Assembly: GCF_000025505.1 (NCBI RefSeq) | Contig: NC_013849.1 | Span: 1,020,001 to 1,052,000 of the forward strand | Length of the DNA stretch: 32,000 nucleotides | From: Ferroglobus placidus DSM 10642 | GTDB lineage: Archaea > Halobacteriota > Archaeoglobi > Archaeoglobales > Archaeoglobaceae | Direction of reading: 5' to 3' | Shown here: positions 15,391 to 23,512 of the stretch, piece after piece | Numbering within the stretch: position 1 is the first letter of the stretch | Layout of the letters: each line of letters begins with the position of its first letter | Notes under the pieces: model-generated | The model's input: only the letters and a program-made list of their open reading frames with translations | Told to the model about the DNA's origin: nothing | Database searches by the model: none | Program-made: the position numbers and the translations under genes

Positions 15391-16971
15391 CTAATGGCGA
15401 ACTAACACTTCGCCACGGCGAACCCCCACTATAGCTAAAGCCGTTAAAGCCGCTCCGACGAACGGACTTTTCTTAGCCTCCGGAGTTTTCACTTCTTCAG
15501 CTTTAGCAGTTTCTTTCTTCGAAGCTTCGAGGAATCCTAAATAATCTCTCATCTCCTGCAAGTTCCTCGTTATCTGATACCACCCGAGCTTAAAGGTTGA
15601 GTAGTCCGGACCTCCCATTGCCGAGCCGTGCCTTAAACTCGTGCCGTAGAACAGCCAGTTCTCGACCCAAAGTCTCTCTATGTACTCGTCGAAGAGGTTG
15701 CTGTTGTTAGCCAACCCTTTTTCGTAAGCGTATAGAAGGAGCTTCGTCGCTTGTAAAGTGGCTTTGTTGCTCTCTTCAACCGTTTTTTCGAACTTTTCGA
15801 AGTGTCCTTCCACGAAGTCAGAGGAGTGGCAGGCTTTGCATATTTTCATCATAGCTTCCTTCCTACTCTTCATCTCCTGCTCATCTATCAAGTAATCTTT
15901 AGCTGGCTCACCCGTAAGTGAGGTTGGCAAAGGCAAGCCTTGATCGTTCTTTATCTTCCAAGTGGCTCCGTCTTTAGGCTGTGGATGCGCGTAGATTCCG
16001 AATATTCTTATGTATATTCTCGAATCGAAGTTGTGGGTTCTCTCAGCTATTACATCGCCGTTCTTATCGACAACAAGAGAAGCGTGGCAGACAGCACAAG
16101 CAGGTGCTTTGAAGTCTACTCCGATCTTCCACGGCACGGCAGACATGTTGTACTTCTTGTATTCACTCAAAAATATGTTCCCGTGCTTGCTTTCTTTCCA
16201 TACGTTAAAAGCAGCCACGTCAGGCTCAAGATGGCATTGGGCACAGGTGTACGGACTTCTCGCGACTTCTATGGAAAAGCCGTGTCTCGGATGGCATGCC
16301 GTGCACGCTCCCTTGCTTCCGTCAGGGTTTATTCTTCCTACCCCCTGATTAGGCCAGCCCTCTAAGTCTGGCACTTCCACTCCGTTCTTAATCACCGTGC
16401 CTTTTACAGTAACCTTCGTTCCGTGGCAGTAGTAACAAGTTTCGTTTTGTGCATTGAGAGAACTTCCTTTTTCTACGAGAGTTCCGTTTTCGAAGCTGTA
16501 GCTCATTGTAGACGTTTCAACGAGCTTGTGGTAAACCGGATTTTTGTCGAGGTTTTCAACAGCGTGAGCTTTAACACTCTTCATGTACTCCTCAAATTCC
16601 TCCTCATGGCACTCGGAGCAATCTTTCGGAGAGACGATCACGTTTATCACGAAGCCCATGTGGTTGAAGCTGTCTTCGTGATTTTCAGTGTTTAAAGAGT
16701 GGCACTCGTAGCAGCCGACGACGACGTTCATCAAATCTTCATTCGGAGCTGAGCTTATTCTTCTCTCGATCTTTGGTTTTTTCAAAGCTTCAGCGGGAGT
16801 TGTTTTCGCGTGTCTGCTTCTCTTCCAGTCTTCAACGATTCCCGGCGTAATTTTTTCGTGACAGCTTATACAAGCTTTGGTCTCGTCGCTTATTTCTTCT
16901 GCCATCGCTGCAGAATTTAGAAGAAGAAGTGCCGTTAAAAACGCTAATAACGTTCGAATTACTGCCCACAT
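15391..16971 (-). CDS. Octaheme c-type cytochrome, hydroxylamine-oxidoreductase (HAO)-like family, with signal peptide and C-terminal hydrophobic anchor
   Basis: Eight CxxCH motifs: CISCH, CYECH, CSECH, CYYCH, CTACH, CAQCH, CAVCH, CKACH. N-terminal signal is LLLLNSAAMA-EE. The C-terminus is PFVGAALTALAIVGVRRG. Confidence 0.85.
   Translation of the reverse strand: MWAVIRTLLAFLTALLLLNSAAMAEEISDETKACISCHEKITPGIVEDWKRSRHAKTTPAEALKKPKIERRISSAPNEDLMNVVVGCYECHSLNTENHEDSFNHMGFVINVIVSPKDCSECHEEEFEEYMKSVKAHAVENLDKNPVYHKLVETSTMSYSFENGTLVEKGSSLNAQNETCYYCHGTKVTVKGTVIKNGVEVPDLEGWPNQGVGRINPDGSKGACTACHPRHGFSIEVARSPYTCAQCHLEPDVAAFNVWKESKHGNIFLSEYKKYNMSAVPWKIGVDFKAPACAVCHASLVVDKNGDVIAERTHNFDSRIYIRIFGIYAHPQPKDGATWKIKNDQGLPLPTSLTGEPAKDYLIDEQEMKSRKEAMMKICKACHSSDFVEGHFEKFEKTVEESNKATLQATKLLLYAYEKGLANNSNLFDEYIERLWVENWLFYGTSLRHGSAMGGPDYSTFKLGWYQITRNLQEMRDYLGFLEASKKETAKAEEVKTPEAKKSPFVGAALTALAIVGVRRGEVLVRH
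15406..15444 (-). repeat. Right inverted repeat, which is the authentic 3' coding end of the cytochrome gene
   Basis: See 11235-11291. Here it encodes ...LTALAIVGVRRGEV. Confidence 0.6.
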
Positions 16972-16997
16972 ATTTAAATTTTTGAAATTACAAATTT

Positions 16998-17033
16998 TTA
17001 AATTTTACTAAATTTTTTAAATTTTACTAAATT
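16998..17033. repeat. 17-nt perfect direct repeat (ttaaattttactaaatt) x2, 19-nt period, in a divergent promoter region
   Basis: Copies at 16998-17014 and 17017-17033, between the cytochrome start (16971) and the aminotransferase start (17106). Confidence 0.6.
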
Positions 17034-17105
17034 ACTGCTCGTTATAAACCAATCGAGACAGTTACTTTCGCAAGTTTTTTAACTCTCTATTTTCGATTTT
17101 CTCCG

Positions 17106-18239
17106 ATGCCAAGAGTAGCTAATAGAATAGCGGAAATAGACACGAGCGGAATTAGAAGAATGTTTGAAATAGTAAACGAGGCTAAAAAGAAGGGTTTAGA
17201 AGTGATAAACCTGTCCATAGGAGAGCCAGACTTCGACACCCACGAGGAGATAATAAAGCGAGCCTGCGAAGCTATGAGGAACGGATTTACTCATTACACT
17301 TCAAACTTCGGCATAGATGAGCTGAGAGAAGCCATAGCGGAAAGGTACAAGGAAAAGGGAGTAAACGTTTCAGCGGAAAACGTGATGGTTACCGTCGGAG
17401 CTTGTGAAGCTTTGATAAACGCGAGCTTCGCATTCATTGAGAGGGGAAGCAAAGTTGTTATTCCTTCTCCCTCCTTCTTAGCCTATTTCTCCTACGCGAA
17501 GATGTGCGAGGCTAAGCTCGTGACGGTAAAAACTCACGAGGACGGATTTATCCTTGATGCAGACAAGCTCAACGAAGTGATGGACAAAGAGGTGAGTGCA
17601 GTTTTCGTAAACTATCCCAACAACCCCACAGGAGCAGTGATGGATCAGAGGGAGCTAAAAGCTGTTTACGAAGTTGCCTCAGATTACGGAGCGGTGGTCA
17701 TAAGCGACGAGGTCTACGATTCGATTTACTACGACAAAAAGCCGGGAACTCTTGCCGGAGAGGAGAACGCTATAGTTGTGAACGGCTTTTCGAAGAGCTT
17801 GGCTATGACCGGCTGGAGACTCGGCTACGTTGTTGCGAGCGAAGAGCTCCTCGAGAAAATGCTGAGGCTTCACCAGATTAACGGAGTCTGCGCTCCAGCT
17901 TTCGCTCAGAAGGCGGTTGCGGAAGTTATGGCTGAGGGAATCGATAAAAAGATTACCGGAGAAATGGTGGCTGAGTTTAGAAAGAGAAGGGACTTCGTCT
18001 ATTCTCGCCTGAAAGAACTCGGATTCGAAGTCGTTAAGCCGGAAGGAGCTTTCTACTTCTTCCCGAGATACGAAAACGCTACTGAGTTCGTTCAGAGGCT
18101 CGTGAGCGAGAAGGGAGTTGCATTAACTCCCGGCACTCCCTTCGGAGACGGAAACGAGAACTACTTCAGAATAAGCTACGCAACCTCGATGGAGAATTTA
18201 AAGAAGGCTTTCGAGAAAATTGAGGAGTTTTTATCTTAA
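17106..18239 (+). CDS. Class I/II PLP-dependent (aspartate-type) aminotransferase
   Basis: 377 aa. The PLP-lysine motif is NGFSKSLAMTGWRLGY. Other family motifs are NPTG and LSIGEPDF. Confidence 0.85.
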   Translation: MPRVANRIAEIDTSGIRRMFEIVNEAKKKGLEVINLSIGEPDFDTHEEIIKRACEAMRNGFTHYTSNFGIDELREAIAERYKEKGVNVSAENVMVTVGACEALINASFAFIERGSKVVIPSPSFLAYFSYAKMCEAKLVTVKTHEDGFILDADKLNEVMDKEVSAVFVNYPNNPTGAVMDQRELKAVYEVASDYGAVVISDEVYDSIYYDKKPGTLAGEENAIVVNGFSKSLAMTGWRLGYVVASEELLEKMLRLHQINGVCAPAFAQKAVAEVMAEGIDKKITGEMVAEFRKRRDFVYSRLKELGFEVVKPEGAFYFFPRYENATEFVQRLVSEKGVALTPGTPFGDGNENYFRISYATSMENLKKAFEKIEEFLS

Positions 18240-18240
18240 A

Positions 18241-18264
18241 TTTTATTTTTCAAGTTGTCTTTTT
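18241..18264 (+). terminator. T-run terminator candidate
   Basis: The sequence ttttatttttcaagttgtcttttt starts right after the stop at 18239. Confidence 0.35.
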
Positions 18265-18324
18265 ACCGCAAAGGATTCGAGAAAGTTTAAAAACAACCTG
18301 CGGGAATCGCCGAACAGATTGCCG

Positions 18325-18975
18325 CTAATCCTTAAGCTTGTACTTGTCCCTCTCTTTGTGCACCATATTCAGTTTTTTCAACTCACATATGTGGTACTGG
18401 ACGGTTTTAACGCTTAAATTCAGCTTTTCGGCTATTTGTTTTGCGGTCAAACACTTATGCTCTTTCAGTAACTCTATAATCTCCTTCTTTCGACCTTTAA
18501 CAGCGATTGTCGGGTTAAAGTCATCAAAGCTTAGAAGCAAGTGCCTGCTTTTGCCGTTCTTAACAGTTTTTATCCAGCCATCTTCTTCCAGCTTGTTTAG
18601 ATGGTATCTGAGTGTGCTTCTGTTCTCTCCCGTAATCTTTTCGAGATCGGTTATGCTTATTCCCGGGTTTTCCATTATTGTCTTCAGAATTCTCCGTCTC
18701 TTTGCGTTTTCAATTGCCGATCTGATTTTGGTTACTACGATTGGCAGCAGCTTCCACGCAGCAAGAATTCCTGCTATTACCGTTACGATATGGTGGATTT
18801 TTATCCACAAAGGCAGATCCCAGAAGGAGACTTTAACCTCTGTTGTTGGATCGTTTTTGATTCTCTCCATCAGCTCCTCGTCGCTGACGTTGGCTGGCTT
18901 AACTTCAAATGCGTGAGCTAACGTTAACAGAAAGATTAGGAGTAAGAGACCCGAAAGCGCGTAATTCCACCTCAT
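18325..18975 (-). CDS. Membrane-anchored transcriptional regulator with two tandem winged-HTH (ArsR-like) domains
   Basis: Order along the protein: signal/TM1 (LSGLLLLIFLLTLAHA), a ~40-aa external loop, TM2 (IVTVIAGILAAWKLLPIVV), HTH-1 (RRRILKTIMENPGISITDLEKITGENRSTLRYHLNKLEEDGWI), then HTH-2 (KKEIIELLKEHKCLTAKQIAEKLNLSVKTVQYHICELKK). Confidence 0.7.
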   Translation of the reverse strand: MRWNYALSGLLLLIFLLTLAHAFEVKPANVSDEELMERIKNDPTTEVKVSFWDLPLWIKIHHIVTVIAGILAAWKLLPIVVTKIRSAIENAKRRRILKTIMENPGISITDLEKITGENRSTLRYHLNKLEEDGWIKTVKNGKSRHLLLSFDDFNPTIAVKGRKKEIIELLKEHKCLTAKQIAEKLNLSVKTVQYHICELKKLNMVHKERDKYKLKD

Positions 18976-19002
18976 GTCATTAGGCTTCCATCACATTGCA
19001 AA

Positions 19003-19368
19003 TCAAACTACTGTCAGAGAGTAGTGCTGAACTCCACTCACCTTTTCGCCGTATACCTTGAAGTACCAGAGACCAGTCTGAGCGTTACTTATGGTTAAGA
19101 GAATCTTTCTATCCACCCTTCCATCGGACGAGTCGCGGAATGTTTGATAGGTACCGTCTGGAGAATATACCGTTAAGGTAAGGCTGTTGGACGGATTGTT
19201 CCATACCAAATAAACGTCGAAGGAAGAGGAGGATATGTATTCGTAGAACCAGTCCGCTTCTCCCTGCCTTACCGAATCGTAGACCGTATTGATTTCAATC
19301 TCTTTAGCATTTGCCGGTAAAAGCAATACTAACGCCGCCACCGCCAGCAAAATCTTAAATTCTCTCAT
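19003..19368 (-). CDS. Small secreted protein consisting of a PPC (pre-peptidase C-terminal)-like beta-domain
   Basis: Start at MREFKILLAVAALVLLLPANA (ATG 19366-19368). A longer track ORF running to 19509 would read through the promoter cassette. PPC-like pattern: DWFYEY...LTLTVYSPDG...GLWYFKVYG...YSLTV. Confidence 0.6.
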   Translation of the reverse strand: MREFKILLAVAALVLLLPANAKEIEINTVYDSVRQGEADWFYEYISSSSFDVYLVWNNPSNSLTLTVYSPDGTYQTFRDSSDGRVDRKILLTISNAQTGLWYFKVYGEKVSGVQHYSLTVV

Positions 19369-19391
19369 GAGTCGTTTACATAACCATTTAC

Positions 19392-19466
19392 TATATATGT
19401 TTTCTGACCATGTTTTGAGAGTATAAAAATATATAGATATTTTACTATCGAAGACGTCAGAATTGG
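19392..19466. promoter_or_regulatory. Palindromic double-TATA cassette, copy 0 (right arm degenerate)
   Basis: Left arm tatatatgttttctgaccat at 19392-19411. The TATA centre is about 27 nt from ATG 19368 of the minus-strand gene. The right-arm remnant is gacgtcagaattgg. Confidence 0.55.
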
Positions 19467-19584
19467 AAGAGGTGAATAACTGAGATGCAACCCATGCCAC
19501 TCTCCCCACCAGCTTTTGTAGGAAATCAAGGCTGCGAGCTTAGAAAAAAAGTAACGATGAGGGAGAGTCTACAATTTAATATTG

Positions 19585-19663
19585 GAATTTCTGGTATATA
19601 AATTTTCTGAACATGTTTTAGGAATATTAAATTAGAAAAATAATTCTAAAGATATGTTTAAAA
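19585..19663. promoter_or_regulatory. Palindromic double-TATA cassette, copy 1
   Basis: Arms are tatataaattttctgaacat (19585-19604) and atgtttaaaattgttatata (19644-19663). The right TATA lies about 50 nt before GTG 19713, with GGAGGTGA in between. Confidence 0.65.
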
Positions 19664-19712
19664 TTGTTATATAGCAGTAAATGTATGTTGAGTAAGAAAT
19701 GGAGGTGATATT

Positions 19713-20618
19713 GTGAGAACAGCCAAAGTAGGATTGGTAGTGTTGCTGGCTTTGGTTATGCTGGGAAGTGTTGTAAGTCCAGTGGTGGGAAAACAGATAA
19801 AGTATTTAGATGAGAAAGAATATATAAGACAAATAAACGAATTAGCCAGTGAAGTGAAAAAAATAAGGGAAAAAGCAAAAAATGGCGAATTGACGCCTGA
19901 CGAGGCTAAAAGAAAAATTCTGTCACTCATAGATGACCCAAAATACAATCAAGTAAAGTTAATGAAAGAGATCGTTGAAAGTAAGCGGACTTACGAATTA
20001 GAGCATGAAAAACCCAAGAGGCATCCACAAAGTATGAATACTAAAAATATGGGAAATACTGCTACTGTGCCACTTTCCTCAACCTATTACTACTATGGTG
20101 TCGATGATATGTCTGCTTACAAAGGAGGGTGGGGCATAGGACATAACATAGCCAACACATATCCTTCAGATCAATACGTAAGAATAGCCGCAAGAGCGGA
20201 AATTGTGGGATCCTATTACGCAGACGGGTATATGTACAAGTACTTCTATGCGCCAAAAACAGGCAATGCAATCGTCAGTGTCTTCTTTGATTGGAGTGGT
20301 GGTAGTTTATATCCAGCTGATTGTAGCATAGATTTTGTGCTGTGGAAATACGAAGATGGTATCGGATGGGTGAAAGTTGCCAGTGAGAAAGATGTGGTCA
20401 GTCTTACGGGATATACACCAACACAAGGTCCAAACAACGAAAGTGCTTCGGTTTCTGTTTACTTGACAGCCGGAGATTACTATTCTCTCCAGCTGCAAAT
20501 CCACACAAAAGGAGATGCCACAGGGGAACATGCTGTATCCAGTGGAGATTTTGGGTTTGATGCGTGGCCACATGCGTCAAATGTACACTGGCAATACGCC
20601 AGAGTTATATATCAGTGA
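19713..20618 (+). CDS. Secreted protein, orphan family A (signal peptide, K/E-rich helical region, beta-rich C-terminal domain)
   Basis: GTG start after GGAGGTGAT. Signal peptide is [25 protein letters not shown]. It is a paralogue of 21303..22199. Confidence 0.7.
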   Translation: MRTAKVGLVVLLALVMLGSVVSPVVGKQIKYLDEKEYIRQINELASEVKKIREKAKNGELTPDEAKRKILSLIDDPKYNQVKLMKEIVESKRTYELEHEKPKRHPQSMNTKNMGNTATVPLSSTYYYYGVDDMSAYKGGWGIGHNIANTYPSDQYVRIAARAEIVGSYYADGYMYKYFYAPKTGNAIVSVFFDWSGGSLYPADCSIDFVLWKYEDGIGWVKVASEKDVVSLTGYTPTQGPNNESASVSVYLTAGDYYSLQLQIHTKGDATGEHAVSSGDFGFDAWPHASNVHWQYARVIYQ

Positions 20619-20632
20619 GGTCGTGAAGTGGT

Positions 20633-21112
20633 ATGAATATCGGTGTTAGTGAGATTCTTTTGGCTGCCCAATTTTTTATTCTTTTAGTAATTATTTATTT
20701 GTTTATAAGAATTTACAAGAAAATAAAAGAATTCTGAATAAATATGAATTCGACGCAGATATTCGGTAGAATTGAGAATAATGTTAGTATAAGCAGCTAT
20801 AAGCAAAACTCGCTGAAATTTTTAGTGGTGGCAATACAGCTCATAAAAATAGACCTAAATAAATGGATTCCTGTCTTATCTAAACATTGTTTAAATTTCT
20901 CGAATGATTTTGTAGGTTTTATAGAGTTAGAGACATTAGAGTAGTTGTAAACCAGCTTTCTGGCAGAAAATGGGAGTTTGATCGTATTCTGCAGCCGTGA
21001 AAATGAGATGATAGCTGTATTGAAGGTTGAAAAGAAGGAGCTGGATGCTCTGAAAACTTTAGTCCCAGACGGTGGGTTGTTCAATGACATACGCGCTGCT
21101 GGTTTTGATTAG
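20633..21112 (+). pseudogene. Decayed paralogue of membrane protein 26195..26914 (TM helix plus C-terminal domain) with three in-frame stops
   Basis: A single frame runs throughout, interrupted by TGA 20735-20737, TAG 20942-20944 and TAA 20948-20950. The C-terminal SFLAENGSLIVFCSRENEMIAVLKVEKKELDALK matches SFLAENESLVVFCSRERELIAVVKVDKTELELLK of 26195..26914. Confidence 0.6.
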
Positions 21113-21181
21113 TTTTTAGGGTTGCGAATGTGCAACACTTATTCAGGTGAGTTCAAATTATTGAGCATTCATGTTAATTAG

Positions 21182-21259
21182 TATATAAACTTTATGACCA
21201 TAATTTGAGAACATAAAATTAGTTTAATATTCTAAAGTTATGGTCAGAATTGTTATATA
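21182..21259. promoter_or_regulatory. Palindromic double-TATA cassette, copy 2
   Basis: Arms are tatataaactttatgaccat (21182-21201) and atggtcagaattgttatata (21240-21259). Confidence 0.65.
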
Positions 21260-21302
21260 GCAATAGATAATGTAATATTGTGTAAATAAAAGAGGTGATG
21301 TG

Positions 21303-22199
21303 GTGAGAGTAGCTAAAGTAGGATTGGCGGTGTTACTGGTTTTGGTGATGTGGAGTAGCGTGGTGAGTCCAGTGATGGGGAAACAGACAAAAACGGTAAC
21401 AACTCTGGACACAAAGAACCTTTCACCAAACGATTTAATTGACACGGAAGAGATATACAGATACCTTCAGAACACATCGAAAGAAGAGGTCAGAAAGAAA
21501 TACGAAGAAGCTGTAATCATTGCCAAAGAGCAGTATAGGAAGGCAATCGAAAAACAGGATAAGGTTGTCAAAGAGATAGTGAAAAACAGAACGGGATTCA
21601 AGGATGATGAAATCAATACATTTATCAAAAGCGGGTATTACCACTCTGACCCAACTGCCGATGGTGGGACTGCGGATAGCGGAGGGTCTGGTATCGGATT
21701 CTCCAAAGCGTATACAAATGGTAATGAAATTCACGTATTCTCAAGGGCATGGGCTGCAGGTTCGTACTGGGCTACAGCCAGAGTTTGGGATGAGTTCACA
21801 TACACTGCATCTGATCACTGGAATAAGATTACTGTCAATTATTACTTGAGGGGTTTGCTTTTTGGAACCTTCCTACCTCCGTACACTGGGAGCTTCAGCA
21901 CTAAAATCGATATATACCTTCGTGTTTATGATCACACTGAAAATAAGGAAGTTGTTAAGCAGAAAATTTTCTCAGATGAAGTTTCAGTAATTCCTGGAAG
22001 TAAATGGCATGACGAAAGCAGAAGTGGATACGTTTACGCATACCTTAAGAACGGACATACGTATACAGTAGAACTGATCGGAGAAGTAAGTTCGCAGGCA
22101 GTTTTAGAGGCTGTTTGCTACTCTGATTTCAGCGACCAACAGTTCAACGGGGAATGGAGGTTAGTTAATTGGGAAAGTGACGTAGTCGAATGGATATAA
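21303..22199 (+). CDS. Secreted protein, orphan family A paralogue
   Basis: GAGGTGAT-gtg-GTG-AGA start context (track start 21300). Signal peptide is [25 protein letters not shown]. The C-terminal beta-rich domain aligns with 19713..20618. Confidence 0.7.
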   Translation: MRVAKVGLAVLLVLVMWSSVVSPVMGKQTKTVTTLDTKNLSPNDLIDTEEIYRYLQNTSKEEVRKKYEEAVIIAKEQYRKAIEKQDKVVKEIVKNRTGFKDDEINTFIKSGYYHSDPTADGGTADSGGSGIGFSKAYTNGNEIHVFSRAWAAGSYWATARVWDEFTYTASDHWNKITVNYYLRGLLFGTFLPPYTGSFSTKIDIYLRVYDHTENKEVVKQKIFSDEVSVIPGSKWHDESRSGYVYAYLKNGHTYTVELIGEVSSQAVLEAVCYSDFSDQQFNGEWRLVNWESDVVEWI

Positions 22200-22241
22200 T
22201 CCTACAACACTTTTATTTATTTTATCTGTGGGGATAATGTT

Positions 22242-22502
22242 ATGGTAGAGTGGATAAGCATTTTTGTATCATTTCTGATGATACTGATAGCACTTTATTT
22301 TTACTGGAGAATTTCGAAAAGAGTAAGAAGTCCTGCGAAAGAGAGAATCAGAGATGTTGGAATAGTAGGGATTATAATTTATTCGTGCGGTGTATTTTTT
22401 CAGAACTACGAACTCGCTGTTGCTGGCTCACTCATCTGGGCTTACGGAATGTTATTGCTCTTGGTTGAAGAATATCGAAAGGGAAAGGAGGAATCAAAAT
22501 GA
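22242..22502 (+). CDS. Small membrane protein (about 3 TM)
   Basis: 86 aa with hydrophobic segments and a K/E-rich C-terminus. Confidence 0.5.
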   Translation: MVEWISIFVSFLMILIALYFYWRISKRVRSPAKERIRDVGIVGIIIYSCGVFFQNYELAVAGSLIWAYGMLLLLVEEYRKGKEESK

Positions 22503-22548
22503 AATCATAAAGAAAATTAAAGAAAAGATTTAAATTGAGTTGGTTTAT

Positions 22549-23508
22549 ATGAACTCAGAAACTCTGCTGTTAGTGGTCGGTTATAGCCTGTACATTCTAT
22601 TCTTCGCACTGATCGTAAAAAGCACTCTCACGCTGAAAAGAGAAGAACCGACTGAGCTCGTTCCTTGGTGGGGTCAAAACAGACACAGTTGGGTGATTGG
22701 TGATGTGCCTGTTCCAGGATACGATAATTATGGACCGGATTCTTTGGAGTTGTATTTAAATAAGGCGAGAAACCAGTTTGAGCAGGGTGATGTAGAAGGG
22801 GCATATATTTACATTGGAAAGGCTTTGCATTACATCGAAGATTTGGGCAATCCATTCCACACATCGTCGGTTTATGGCCAAGCCCACCATATAGAGTACG
22901 AAAGTTGGGTCAGCAATCATTGGAGCGAGTTAAAGTCAGCGATGTACGTTAACGAATACTATATCATCACAGATCCAAGCGAAGATGCAAAAAACCTTGC
23001 AACCTTCTCACATCAATACTTGCAACAAATCTGCGACATAATGAACACGCCGGGATGGGAAAACAACCAGCAATTAAATGAACAATTGAAGAGCATTACG
23101 AGAACGCTAATAAGTGAAACCATGAAATATACAATGGGTATGATCGTTTACGCTACCAAGTTTGAATCGCCAGATACTGCAGGCTCCAATTATGTTCCAA
23201 TCTACGATCATCAGACTTCCTACGTCAACATAAACGATATTGCGTGCAGCAATCAGGTTTTGGCAATTGTGGAGATAGATCACACATATCCAGCAGATTT
23301 GGAGATATGGATAGGCTACAAGAGAACATACCAGAACACTTATACGGAGACAAAAGTGTGGGATCATGACTGGAGTAGCAACAACCACATAACAATCCAG
23401 CACTACTTCTGGCTGACTCCATCGAATTACGACTGGAGACTAAGAGTTTACGATGCTTGGAGCGGAGATCACGGCAAAATAACAGACTTTTACGTGCTGA
23501 TAGGGTGA
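22549..23508 (+). CDS. Zinc-dependent phospholipase C / P1-nuclease-fold protein fused to a proprotein-convertase P-domain
   Basis: An N-terminal hydrophobic signal/anchor is followed by WWGQNRHSW. GKALHYIEDLGNPFH and HHIEYESW match Zn-PLC zinc-ligand blocks (compare LSLHYLGDVNQPMH and FHSKYENF of Bacillus PC-PLC). The C-terminal VEIDHTYPADLEIWIGY...WRLRVYDAWSGDHGKITDFYVLIG is a P-domain signature. Track start is TTG 22540. Confidence 0.7.
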   Translation: MNSETLLLVVGYSLYILFFALIVKSTLTLKREEPTELVPWWGQNRHSWVIGDVPVPGYDNYGPDSLELYLNKARNQFEQGDVEGAYIYIGKALHYIEDLGNPFHTSSVYGQAHHIEYESWVSNHWSELKSAMYVNEYYIITDPSEDAKNLATFSHQYLQQICDIMNTPGWENNQQLNEQLKSITRTLISETMKYTMGMIVYATKFESPDTAGSNYVPIYDHQTSYVNINDIACSNQVLAIVEIDHTYPADLEIWIGYKRTYQNTYTETKVWDHDWSSNNHITIQHYFWLTPSNYDWRLRVYDAWSGDHGKITDFYVLIG

Positions 23509-23512
23509 TCCT

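Noticed and set aside
11235-15444. Integrated virus or plasmid inserted at the tRNA
   Set aside because: No integrase, capsid or replication gene is recognisable. The flanking repeats are inverted rather than direct, and they derive from the cytochrome gene end, not from the tRNA.
15940-16695. + strand ORFs (141, 112 and 90 aa) inside the cytochrome gene
   Set aside because: They are antisense to a CDS with eight CxxCH motifs, and their products are implausibly Arg/Ser/Val-rich.
18338-18921. 192-aa and 106-aa + strand ORFs overlapping the membrane-anchored regulator
   Set aside because: The minus-strand frame gives two clean wHTH domains and TM segments. The + strand products are Ser/Phe/Leu-rich antisense artefacts.
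19369-19509. N-terminal extension of ORF 19003..19509 (168 aa)
   Set aside because: The extension would be translated through palindromic cassette copy 0. The internal ATG at 19368 is followed by a classic signal peptide and sits at leaderless distance from the TATA.
20744-21090. Separate small genes 20744..20944 (+) and 20797..21090 (-)
   Set aside because: The + ORF is the middle segment of a longer decayed frame (20633..21112). The minus ORF resembles another minus ORF (26722..27120) only because both are antisense to homologous + strand coding sequence.
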